DNA from: an uncultured Deinococcales bacterium
GTDB taxonomy: Bacteria; Deinococcota; Deinococci; Deinococcales; JAAFIG01
DNA: 16,588 bases
Assembly: GCA_964244895.1 (NCBI GenBank)
Contig: CAXTKV010000115.1
Span: 1-16,588 of the forward strand
Direction of reading: 5' to 3'
Made by a program: the position numbers and the translations under genes. Positions within the stretch are counted from its first letter, which is position 1. Each line of letters starts with the position of its first letter. The notes below the pieces were generated by a model. That model did no database searches, had not been told where the DNA came from, and was given only the letters and a program-made list of their open reading frames with translations. Positions 9,466 to 16,588 of this stretch are shown one piece after another.

Positions 9466-10479
9466 TTACTTGACGTTCTTGACGAACTCGGTGGTGAAGG
9501 TCTTGGAAAGGTCGATGGTGGCGTTCTTGACGGTCGGCTTGAAGGTCGAAAGCACCTTCAGCACGGTCGGCGGGCCGCTTTCGGGCATCACACCGTCGAT
9601 CGTGAACATCAACTTGCCCGCCGCCAGCGCGTTGATGTAGAGTTCCGGATCACCGACCAGGTAATCGTTGGGCATCCTGGAGGCGATCGTCTTGGCATCG
9701 TTCTTGACGATGAAGCGCAGCGTCTTGACAAACGCATTGGCGAGCTTCTGCACCTCGAGCTTGTGCGAATTCACGTAATCTGTCGGCATGTACAGGCAGG
9801 CCGCCGGGTACAGCCCGCCGAGCGCCTTCTGGGTTTTTTCCGGGGTGCGCATGTCCACCAACACCTTCGCATCGCCCGTCTTGAGCATCCTCGAGATCGT
9901 GGGTTCGGTGGTCATGCCGACGTCGATCTGGCCCTGCTGCATGGCGGCGATGAAGGTGTTGCCCGCGCCGACCGGCAAGCGCGAAAATTGATCGACCCCG
10001 ACGCCGTTGATCACGCCCAGGTACTGCGTCAAAAAGTCGGTCGACGATCCGATGCCGGTCACGCCCGCCGTGCGGCCCTTCCAATCTTTGGGCGACTTGA
10101 TCTCGGCGGCTTTCTTGCTGGAGACGAGTTCGACCTCGCCGGGTGCGCGGCTGAATTGCACGACCGATTCCGTGCTCTTGCCGATGGCTTGAAGGTCGAC
10201 GTTGTGATCGTAGAAGCCGACCACGCCATCCACCTTGCCCGCCAGCATCTCGGTTTCGGCAGACACCCCTGCGGGTTCGTCCAGCAAATCGACCTCGAGC
10301 CCCTCGGCTTTGAAGTACCCAAGTTGCTCGGCCAGCTTGGCGGGAAGGTAGATCTGCTTGCTCAGACCGCCGACCATCAGCGTGACCTTCGATGTTTGCG
10401 CCCCGGCTCCATTGATCGCGACCAGACCAAGCGGCAAGAGCACGACCCCGACGGCGACGATTTTCGAGACTGGCTTCAC
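9466..10479 (-). CDS. NitT/TauT (NMT1/SsuA-like) ABC transporter substrate-binding protein
   Basis: GTG start at 10479 with a GGAGGAG SD. Signal peptide ending AGA|Q. MVGGLSKQIYLPAKLAEQLGYFKAEGL and GVTGIGSSTDFL. Confidence 0.92.
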   Translation of the reverse strand: MKPVSKIVAVGVVLLPLGLVAINGAGAQTSKVTLMVGGLSKQIYLPAKLAEQLGYFKAEGLEVDLLDEPAGVSAETEMLAGKVDGVVGFYDHNVDLQAIGKSTESVVQFSRAPGEVELVSSKKAAEIKSPKDWKGRTAGVTGIGSSTDFLTQYLGVINGVGVDQFSRLPVGAGNTFIAAMQQGQIDVGMTTEPTISRMLKTGDAKVLVDMRTPEKTQKALGGLYPAACLYMPTDYVNSHKLEVQKLANAFVKTLRFIVKNDAKTIASRMPNDYLVGDPELYINALAAGKLMFTIDGVMPESGPPTVLKVLSTFKPTVKNATIDLSKTFTTEFVKNVK

Positions 10480-10621
10480 GAATACTCCTCCCTTTCGCTC
10501 GAGACGCACCGCACCCGACCCGATCGTCGCGGCGTGGCACGACACACCCCTGCCGTATCTCGTCAGGCCAACCACGAGGACGCCTCACGACGGACAAATC
10601 TGATGTGTTCGATTGGTCGCC

Positions 10622-10671
10622 AGCTTACGGATCTCGCCGGGTGGCGGGCAAGTTTTCGTGCATTTCGTTCA
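10622..10671 (-). promoter_or_regulatory. Candidate sigma70 promoter of the ABC operon with upstream 9-bp direct repeat
   Basis: Minus strand: TGAACGAAA-TGCACGAAA-AC-TTGCCC-N18-TAAGCT. Confidence 0.6.
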
Positions 10672-10899
10672 TTGATTGCCGCCAGAGCGCACGAAAGAGA
10701 TCCGAGCGCTCGCGTGTCGTCCGCCGCAGGTCAGCGGCGACCGGGCCGTTGGTCTGGCGCCGGACTCGCCGATCCCGGTCGCGTTCGACACCCACCACCT
10801 AAAGCTTCAAGGCTCCGCAAAAGAGCAGCGCGCTCCGCGAGACACACTGCCCAAATGAAGAGCTCCAGGTTCAGATGGAATGTTCAGTCGTTCCCGGCT

Positions 10900-11445
10900 T
10901 CAGCTGGTCGCGGGCGGATTCCTGCCGCAATCGCCGTACATCAGTCGCTGGTTGATGCACCTGGTTCGTGAGGGGACAACGTTGCCGCGGTCGTCGTAGG
11001 ACACGCGCAGCAGCCACCCGAAGACATCGGCGGGCCACAGCGCAGGCCAGCTCGACTCCGGCGGCAGGTGAGCTGCATCGACGCCCAGTGCAGCCGTCAG
11101 TTCGAGGATGTCTCCGTGGTGCCAGCAGATCAGGACGTTGCTGTGGTTGTACTCCGAATCGTGAAGGATGTCCTCGACGAGTTCCTTGTGATCCCGGTGC
11201 TCGCAATCGATGTTTTTACCGATCGCGTTCGAGAGGGGCTCGAGGGTCAGGCGAGACCGATGGCTGTCGGGCGAATCGGCGGCGGCGAACAGGTAATCGA
11301 GCTCGATCGGGTCTGAAAATATCGACTGAATCTGGAAGTAAATCGTGTAGGCCTGCGCGCGCGCTTGACCCGCCGGGGAGAGGCCGGGGCCGGAGTCGGG
11401 CTTCTCGCCGTGACGCATGATCAGGACGTTCGTGTTTTGTGGCAT
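10900..11445 (-). CDS. Histidine phosphatase (phosphoglycerate mutase-like) superfamily protein
   Basis: IMRHGEKP catalytic motif, LSPAGQARA, S.R..LTLEPL and VLICWHHG (second His). GAGG SD. Confidence 0.85.
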   Translation of the reverse strand: MPQNTNVLIMRHGEKPDSGPGLSPAGQARAQAYTIYFQIQSIFSDPIELDYLFAAADSPDSHRSRLTLEPLSNAIGKNIDCEHRDHKELVEDILHDSEYNHSNVLICWHHGDILELTAALGVDAAHLPPESSWPALWPADVFGWLLRVSYDDRGNVVPSRTRCINQRLMYGDCGRNPPATS

Positions 11446-11681
11446 GAAGACCTCGTTGGGTGGATCGGGGCGCGTTCAGTTCGTGTGACCGCAGCCTCGC
11501 GCTCGGAACATCGTCCCGCACGCGCGCTCGGGTTGGCGTCTAGGACGGTCTTCGATGAGTCTGCGAGCGGCGAGAGGGCGTGTTCATTCGGCGGGTCATC
11601 TGGAGGATCGTGAAGGAAGCCGAAATCCTTCCCGCACGATCCTCACGGCGAGCGCAAACGGGGGCGCTGCGCCTTACTTGT

Positions 11682-12290
11682 TTACTTGCCGCCCACCGCG
11701 CGATACCCCGCAGCCTTCGCGTCATCCGGCGTGGCGAAGCAGGCTTTCGCCTTCGTCCTGGCGTAGTTCGAGTCGCCCGTGGGCAGATGATAGATCCCCT
11801 TCTTCGAGCCTTTCACGGGCGCGCTCGTCGGGCACGACCCGTCCGGGTTCGGTGCGATCCCCTTGCCCAGATTCGCGCTCGGCGTGTTCCTGGTCTTCGG
11901 TGTGGTTGCCGCGACAGTGGCAGTTCCCGCCGCTGCGGTTCCTACCGTACCGGCGGCCACAGCCGGTGGGTTGGCGGTCGTCGAGGCCGGTGCGGAGCCG
12001 AAGCTGATGAGCGGCTCGAGCTTCTTGACGCTCTTCTTGCCGATGCCGTTGACGCGGCTCGCCAGGTCGTTGACGTCCTTGAACGGGCGGTTCTTGATGA
12101 TCTCGTCGGCGATCTTTGAGCTGATGCCCGGCAGGGTTTCGAGCTGCTGGAGCGTCGCGCTGTTGATGTCGATCAGGGTTGAACTCGCCGTCGCGGGCGG
12201 GTTGGTGGTCGATTGCGCGAGGGTGGCAACGACTGGAAAAAGCGCAGCAGTTGCGGCCAGAATCGCGATTTTGATCATGTTTCGTGTCAA
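11682..12290 (-). CDS. Secreted ComEA-like helix-hairpin-helix DNA-binding protein with C-terminal Cys-containing (Ada-metal-binding/'sunset'-like) domain
   Basis: TTG start with GGAGG 5 nt upstream and a signal peptide. HhH pair IDINSATLQQLETLPGIS.KIADEII.NRPFK...L.SRVNGIG. C-terminal CP..APVKG...IYHLP...Y......CF.T...A.AAGYR. Confidence 0.85.
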   Translation of the reverse strand: MTRNMIKIAILAATAALFPVVATLAQSTTNPPATASSTLIDINSATLQQLETLPGISSKIADEIIKNRPFKDVNDLASRVNGIGKKSVKKLEPLISFGSAPASTTANPPAVAAGTVGTAAAGTATVAATTPKTRNTPSANLGKGIAPNPDGSCPTSAPVKGSKKGIYHLPTGDSNYARTKAKACFATPDDAKAAGYRAVGGK

Positions 12291-12404
12291 ATGAACCTCC
12301 TCGGGTCGGAATAGGTTCTCGGACTCCAGGGTGAACCCAGCGTGAAACAGTTGAACTCGCGCTGAAGATCGCGCCGCCGTAGCGCACGGCGTTGGCGCAC
12401 ACCG

Positions 12405-12719
12405 TTACCGACGCGCAGCCTGGCATTCGAAGGATGCGCATGAATGGTGAGCAATCGAGGACGCAGGTGCTACCTCCGACCATTCATCATTTGCCTCCCC
12501 TCGCCGGTGGCCGTATTCGGTGACTTGGTCGAATGACCAGGTGCGCCAGCGAGGTAATCGCACGCTATTCAGGAAAAATGACGGACTCATCCCTCGAGCG
12601 CGATCAAACCCAAATTGCGAAAGTGGGAGAATTCGTGCGTCGACGAGGCTTTCGAGTGTTGACTTACTCAGACCTGCTGGAGAAGTAGTCGAACCTGCCT
12701 GTGGTATCGGATTCGACAT
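12405..12719 (-). CDS. Hypothetical small protein directly downstream of XRE-1
   Basis: ATG lies 4 nt after the XRE-1 stop; 104-aa ORF in a visibly less GC-rich stretch with no motif. Confidence 0.3.
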   Translation of the reverse strand: MSNPIPQAGSTTSPAGLSKSTLESLVDARILPLSQFGFDRARGMSPSFFLNSVRLPRWRTWSFDQVTEYGHRRGEANDEWSEVAPASSIAHHSCASFECQAARR

Positions 12720-12723
12720 GGTT

Positions 12724-13002
12724 CTATTTCGTCCGCCGTTGGTTTGGCTCCGACAAGGTGACCAGCGCTCTCAACTCTACCGGTTCGTAAACCAGTTCGA
12801 AGGCGTAGACCTCGAGCGCGATCGCGATCTTGTTGATGACCTCTAGCCCTGGGTTCCTGCGTCGACCGCTCTCAAGGTTCTGAAGGTACTTTTCGCCCAG
12901 GCCCGCGCGCGTGGCGAGTTGCTCTTGCGTATAGCCTCGCGCCTCGCGCAGCAACCGAATCCGGTTGCGGAGCGTGTCGGCGTCGATGGCGTACTGGGGC
13001 AT
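12724..13002 (-). CDS. XRE/Cro-C1-type HTH transcriptional regulator (XRE-1, 92 aa)
   Basis: RIRLLREARGYTQEQLATRAGLGEKYLQNLESGRRRNPGLEVINKIAIALEV. The start at 13002 aligns ungapped with the XRE-2 Met. Confidence 0.93.
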   Translation of the reverse strand: MPQYAIDADTLRNRIRLLREARGYTQEQLATRAGLGEKYLQNLESGRRRNPGLEVINKIAIALEVYAFELVYEPVELRALVTLSEPNQRRTK

Positions 13003-13035
13003 GCCCTCGCACCGTACGGATTCGACCCCAGTCAA

Positions 13036-13057
13036 TACACCTCCGTATGGAGGTGTA
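13036..13057. promoter_or_regulatory. Palindromic operator 1 overlapping a plus-strand -10 (TAGAAT, 13056-13061)
   Basis: TACACCTCC-GTAT-GGAGGTGTA, between the divergent XRE-1 and lipoprotein genes. Confidence 0.8.
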
Positions 13058-13128
13058 GAATCTCGAGCGTACCCAACGACCCCGCCCGACAAGGCGGCGA
13101 TCGACCCAACCCGCACGCGGAGGATCGG

Positions 13129-14301
13129 ATGCCCGAGCAGACCCCAACCGTCGCACCCACCAACTACACATCGCTCCCACCCCACACCGTCACGGTTTCC
13201 CTGCGCATGGCCCAGGATCCCAGACCCGCCCTAAGGCGTCCTTACCCCCGCCGCGCGTGGTTCCCGCTCGCCCTCACGCTCGCTCTGCTCCCCGCCTGCG
13301 CCCCCCAACTTGCCGCTGGTAAATCCCGCACCGCGCTCGCCGTCGAACCCCTCCAACGCCTCCTGATCATGATGCGCAAAGGTGACATCGACGCCGTCAA
13401 CACCTTCCCAGTCGCCAACACGACCGCCGGAACCGACACCGACACCACTTCTATCCGTGCCTACGACCCCTTCCAGACGCGCGACCTCAAAGACCTGCTC
13501 GCGCGCTCCCCAAAGCTCAAAGAGGCTCTCGCTCGGATCGCCATCGATCCCGATCCGCCGTTCGTCGAGGAAGGCCAGGCGTTCCTCTCAGGCCAATCAT
13601 TCGAGGGGCAGCCGATCTACTTCTACTCGGGCCGCGTGATTTTCAAACTCGCTCTGCCGGACGCGCCAGCCGAGAAGTTCACCTTGACCTACTGGATCGA
13701 TGGGCCGAGGGTGACGTACGCCGACTCCGGGTTGAGCGGCCCTCGGGCGATGCTCGCCAACTACCGCCGCTACATCGAGTCGTATCCCGAGCGCGCGAAA
13801 CTGGCCGCGCCACCGGCTCAGGGCAACCCCAGCGCATCCGGGACGTCTAGCGCACCCTCGAGCACTCCAAACCTCCCAACAGCCTCCTCGGCTATCCCGC
13901 TGGCGGCGAACTCCGCAGTGCAACCGACGTTGCCCAGTTCGGCGGTGGCTTCCGCCTGGTGGCCGACCATCAACGCAGGTCAGACGTGGGACGTGACGGT
14001 GGGCCGCTACGCTTGGCGGGTGACGCTCACCCAGCGGGTCGAGCAGGCTGGAGCCTCGAGCATTGTCGGTTCGGCAGTGGGAACCACGGGCGGCGCGCCC
14101 GGTGCGATCGCGGCGTTCGCAATCGTGCCATCCTCGAGCGCGGTGATCCTGGCCTTGCAGAACGACGCGTTTAGCCTCAGGTGCGAGTTCAGCGCGGCGC
14201 AATCGGGCGGCACGAAGCTGGGCGGAATGGCGACGCTGCGCGCGGCACGCTCAAGGATAGACGAGGCCTTCGGGCCGTGCAGCGCTGCGCTCGAACGATG
14301 A
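13129..14301 (+). CDS. Putative two-domain lipoprotein of unknown function
   Basis: ATG 13129 with GGAGG SD (alternative ATG 13207). RRAWFPLALTLALLPA|C lipobox-like signal, Ser/Pro/Ala linker, and a beta-rich C-terminal domain with two Cys. Confidence 0.7.
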   Translation: MPEQTPTVAPTNYTSLPPHTVTVSLRMAQDPRPALRRPYPRRAWFPLALTLALLPACAPQLAAGKSRTALAVEPLQRLLIMMRKGDIDAVNTFPVANTTAGTDTDTTSIRAYDPFQTRDLKDLLARSPKLKEALARIAIDPDPPFVEEGQAFLSGQSFEGQPIYFYSGRVIFKLALPDAPAEKFTLTYWIDGPRVTYADSGLSGPRAMLANYRRYIESYPERAKLAAPPAQGNPSASGTSSAPSSTPNLPTASSAIPLAANSAVQPTLPSSAVASAWWPTINAGQTWDVTVGRYAWRVTLTQRVEQAGASSIVGSAVGTTGGAPGAIAAFAIVPSSSAVILALQNDAFSLRCEFSAAQSGGTKLGGMATLRAARSRIDEAFGPCSAALER

Positions 14302-14357
14302 ACCGCTGCACTCCGCCTCGCGCTCGCAAAAACGTGACGAGCATAGTCGGCAGGACC

Positions 14358-14615
14358 TCACGCCTCCAACTCGAGCATTTTTTTGAGTACATCAGGCTCG
14401 TAAAGGAGTCCGTATACGTGTACTTCGAGGGCGAGTGCGAGTCGGTTCAGTACATCCAGCCCTGGGTTTGCGCGACGGCCCAGTTCGAGATCCTGGATGT
14501 ACTTCTCGTGCAATCCGGCGCGCTCAGCCAGCTGTTCCTGGGTCAAGCTTCGGGCTTGGCGCAAGGCTCGAATGCGGCGCTGTAGTGTCCGGGGATCCAC
14601 CGTAAGGGCCGTCAT
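14358..14615 (-). CDS. XRE/Cro-C1-type HTH transcriptional regulator (XRE-2, 85 aa)
   Basis: RIRALRQARSLTQEQLAERAGLHEKYIQDLELGRRANPGLDVLNRLALALEV; paralog of XRE-1. Confidence 0.93.
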   Translation of the reverse strand: MTALTVDPRTLQRRIRALRQARSLTQEQLAERAGLHEKYIQDLELGRRANPGLDVLNRLALALEVHVYGLLYEPDVLKKMLELEA

Positions 14616-14650
14616 GCGTGAGGCCACGCTATGGAGTTCAACTACGAACG

Positions 14651-14672
14651 AACACCGTCAACTGACGGTGTA
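14651..14672. promoter_or_regulatory. Palindromic operator 2 overlapping a plus-strand -10 (TAAACT, 14671-14676)
   Basis: A-ACACCGTCA-AC-TGACGGTGT-A, between the divergent XRE-2 and the 589-aa gene. Confidence 0.8.
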
Positions 14673-14790
14673 AACTGCCTTTGCTTTTTGTACATATCAG
14701 CCCGTGTGCTTCGAACACCTACCCCGCCGGACTTCTCCCACTGCGACGTGCTGGCCGTATCGAACGATGCGGTTCCGCCTGGAGGAAACA

Positions 14791-16560
14791 ATGCCGAAAC
14801 GACGAATATTCCGATCCGTGACGCCCGGACAGTACGCGCAACTGAAACGGCTCATCACTCCTGCGCTCGTGAGCGGCAACGGCGTCGCGATCGAACCCGA
14901 TCCTGAACCGCTCGTACCGTTCGCCAACACTTGCGGTCCGCGTGTTTACGTCGCGCGTCGGCAGCGAGGATGGAGCGCGACCCGGCTCGCAAGCGAGGTC
15001 AACGTCCTGCTCGAGTCTTTAAGCGCAGAGCCCCCCGAGATCATTCCGGGCGAGTTCATGGTCGGCGACCTCCAGCGCGAGCGCGCGGCGTTTTTCGGCA
15101 CCAAGGGGCGGCTATGGAACGGATTCTTGGCGACAGACAAGCACCGGGCTGCCGTCGCACCATCGACGCGACCCCGACGGCTGAGCGCGCGCTCGGTCAT
15201 CGGCATCGAACAGCGCGAACTCTGCGTGAGCGACACGCTGCTGGACCCCCTGGCGACCGTCCTCGGCGTCCCGAAACACTGGCTACAAGACGAGCGCGCC
15301 GTCTGGCCACCCGAGACCGGAAGTGCGAACCCGGACGAGCTAACCGCTGCACTTGATCTCCTCGAGGGAGGCGATGGGCTCGAGTCGGGCGAGTTCGCGT
15401 GGCTCCGGCCCGTTCTGGCGGAACCCGCCGCACTCAGGGTGATCGAATCGGCCTGCGGCGCGCTCGCGCGCTACGGGGATCCAACGATGAAAATCATGAA
15501 GACTGAAATGCTTCAGGTCGACCGGCTCGAGCGCACCTGGCGACGGATTTTCGGGGGATTGCCCGAGGCTCCTTGGTTTACGGACACGTGGGAGGTGCAG
15601 CTGCAAGACCTCGACCCTCTGGACGACGCGTTCGAGCAGCATCGAATGTGGCTGCGCGACGCAATCCGTAACGACATCAGATTCCGCGAGACACTCGCCG
15701 AGCGTCGGGCGTACGCCAACGGCGTGAACGACGCCCGACGCGAGACGCTGGTCAAGTTGAGCGCCGTTCAGCGCGCGGTTCATGAAACGTTCGGCTCAAA
15801 AGATGAGTTCGAGGCTCCGCTCGAGGTGCTGCGGCTGCGCGCTGAACTCGAACGCGCGCAATCCGAAATTGCGACGATGCACCACCAAAATATATCCGCA
15901 GTCCGAGCGCTCGAGGAGGTGAACAAAACCAACAAACGGTTGGAAAAAAATCTGGCGGACTTTCAAAGTGCGGTGCGACCTGCGACGCCCATCCCAACAC
16001 GATCAGAACTGGTTCGATTTGCGGAGCAGTACGAAGTGCTCGAGCCGAGGGGGCCGATCCCCGCCTCGAGTGAGGAGCTGACCACAGCCTTGACCCAATT
16101 CCTGATCGAACTGCGCGCTTTCCTCGACGAGCAGCTGAGCGAGCGAGATGCGCTGGCCCACGAGCGCGAACAGCGCACGCTGATCCGCATCGAGACGCAG
16201 ATGCGCAAGATGGTCGAGCAGTTCGAGCAGATCCGGGCGCGCGTTCGAGCGCAGAACGCGCCAGCGCCTCAAGGCAACCCCAGCCCTTCGCGGCCAGCAG
16301 CGGGCAGCGGATCGGCGCGCACCGCACCCCCGAAGTACACGACCGCCGAAGCACGCGAGATCGAGCGCGTATCGGGCAGCATCGTCGCGTCGCTGCGCGC
16401 AAACACAAACCGCGAAATGACAAAATCGGTGATCGCCTCCCGGCACACCGACGAGGACAAGCGTTACCTGGCTGCGGCGTACCAGCACCTCGAGAGCAAC
16501 CGTGTCATCAGCATCGTCGGCAACACGGTAAAGTGGGCGTGTCAAGCGAAGTGTGGCTAA
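14791..16560 (+). CDS. Uncharacterised 589-aa protein: interrupted XRE-like HTH, coiled coils, C-terminal winged-helix-like domain
   Basis: GGAGG SD 5 nt before ATG 14791. GPRVYVARRQRGWSATRLASEV...LSARSVIGIEQR...LDPLATVLGVPKHWL, heptad-rich LRLRAELERAQSEI...LEKNL, and C-terminal MTKSVIASR...LAAAYQHLESNRVISIVGNTVKW. Confidence 0.75.
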   Translation: MPKRRIFRSVTPGQYAQLKRLITPALVSGNGVAIEPDPEPLVPFANTCGPRVYVARRQRGWSATRLASEVNVLLESLSAEPPEIIPGEFMVGDLQRERAAFFGTKGRLWNGFLATDKHRAAVAPSTRPRRLSARSVIGIEQRELCVSDTLLDPLATVLGVPKHWLQDERAVWPPETGSANPDELTAALDLLEGGDGLESGEFAWLRPVLAEPAALRVIESACGALARYGDPTMKIMKTEMLQVDRLERTWRRIFGGLPEAPWFTDTWEVQLQDLDPLDDAFEQHRMWLRDAIRNDIRFRETLAERRAYANGVNDARRETLVKLSAVQRAVHETFGSKDEFEAPLEVLRLRAELERAQSEIATMHHQNISAVRALEEVNKTNKRLEKNLADFQSAVRPATPIPTRSELVRFAEQYEVLEPRGPIPASSEELTTALTQFLIELRAFLDEQLSERDALAHEREQRTLIRIETQMRKMVEQFEQIRARVRAQNAPAPQGNPSPSRPAAGSGSARTAPPKYTTAEAREIERVSGSIVASLRANTNREMTKSVIASRHTDEDKRYLAAAYQHLESNRVISIVGNTVKWACQAKCG

Positions 16561-16588
16561 CGGCTTTCACACCGGCATCCGATCCTCG

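Noticed and set aside
3976..10971. Many long alternative-frame or antisense ORFs (e.g. 3976-5241, 6138-7463, 9439-10971)
   Set aside because: Shadow ORFs expected in high-GC DNA; they overlap well-supported genes.
12399..12418. ACACCGTTACCGACG upstream of the ComEA-like gene as a third XRE operator
   Set aside because: Only one half-site; no GGTGT at the N10 position.
12919..13128. Upstream extensions of ORF-track calls (12919 for the lipoprotein, 13185 for XRE-1; likewise 14704, 10575, 2038)
   Set aside because: They overlap divergent genes or promoters, or lack start signals; SD or -10 signals and paralog alignment support the shorter starts.
12724..14615. XREs as DdrO, R-M controller proteins, or toxin-antitoxin antitoxins
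   Set aside because: No DdrO-like C-terminal domain recognised, and no methyltransferase, endonuclease or recognisable toxin in the window.
12300..16588. Calling the right-hand region a prophage or ICE
   Set aside because: No integrase, att site, structural or conjugation gene is visible in the window; mobile origin remains only a hypothesis.

Overview
High-GC bacterial window. Leaderless-type promoters and protein style suggest Deinococcota, but this is inference only. 1-2700: a degraded segment, an AraC-VOC-DUF1801 cassette on the minus strand, and a decayed second VOC gene. 2733-4917: two secreted enzymes, a transglutaminase-like Cys-His-Asp/TPR protein and an alpha/beta hydrolase. 5139-10680: a NitT/TauT-family ABC importer followed by a CitA/CitB (DcuS/DcuR)-family two-component system, with a candidate response-regulator direct repeat beside the transporter promoter. 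10900-12290: a histidine-phosphatase-family protein and a secreted ComEA-like HhH protein. 12724-16560 is the most unusual part, a tandemly duplicated regulatory module. Two paralogous XRE regulators (47/85 identical) each sit about 34-36 bp from a palindrome sharing WACACC-N10-GGTGTA. Each palindrome overlaps the -10 element of a divergent, uncharacterised gene: a lipoprotein, and a 589-aa split-HTH/coiled-coil/winged-helix-like protein. No rRNA, tRNA, CRISPR array, transposase or integrase was recognised.
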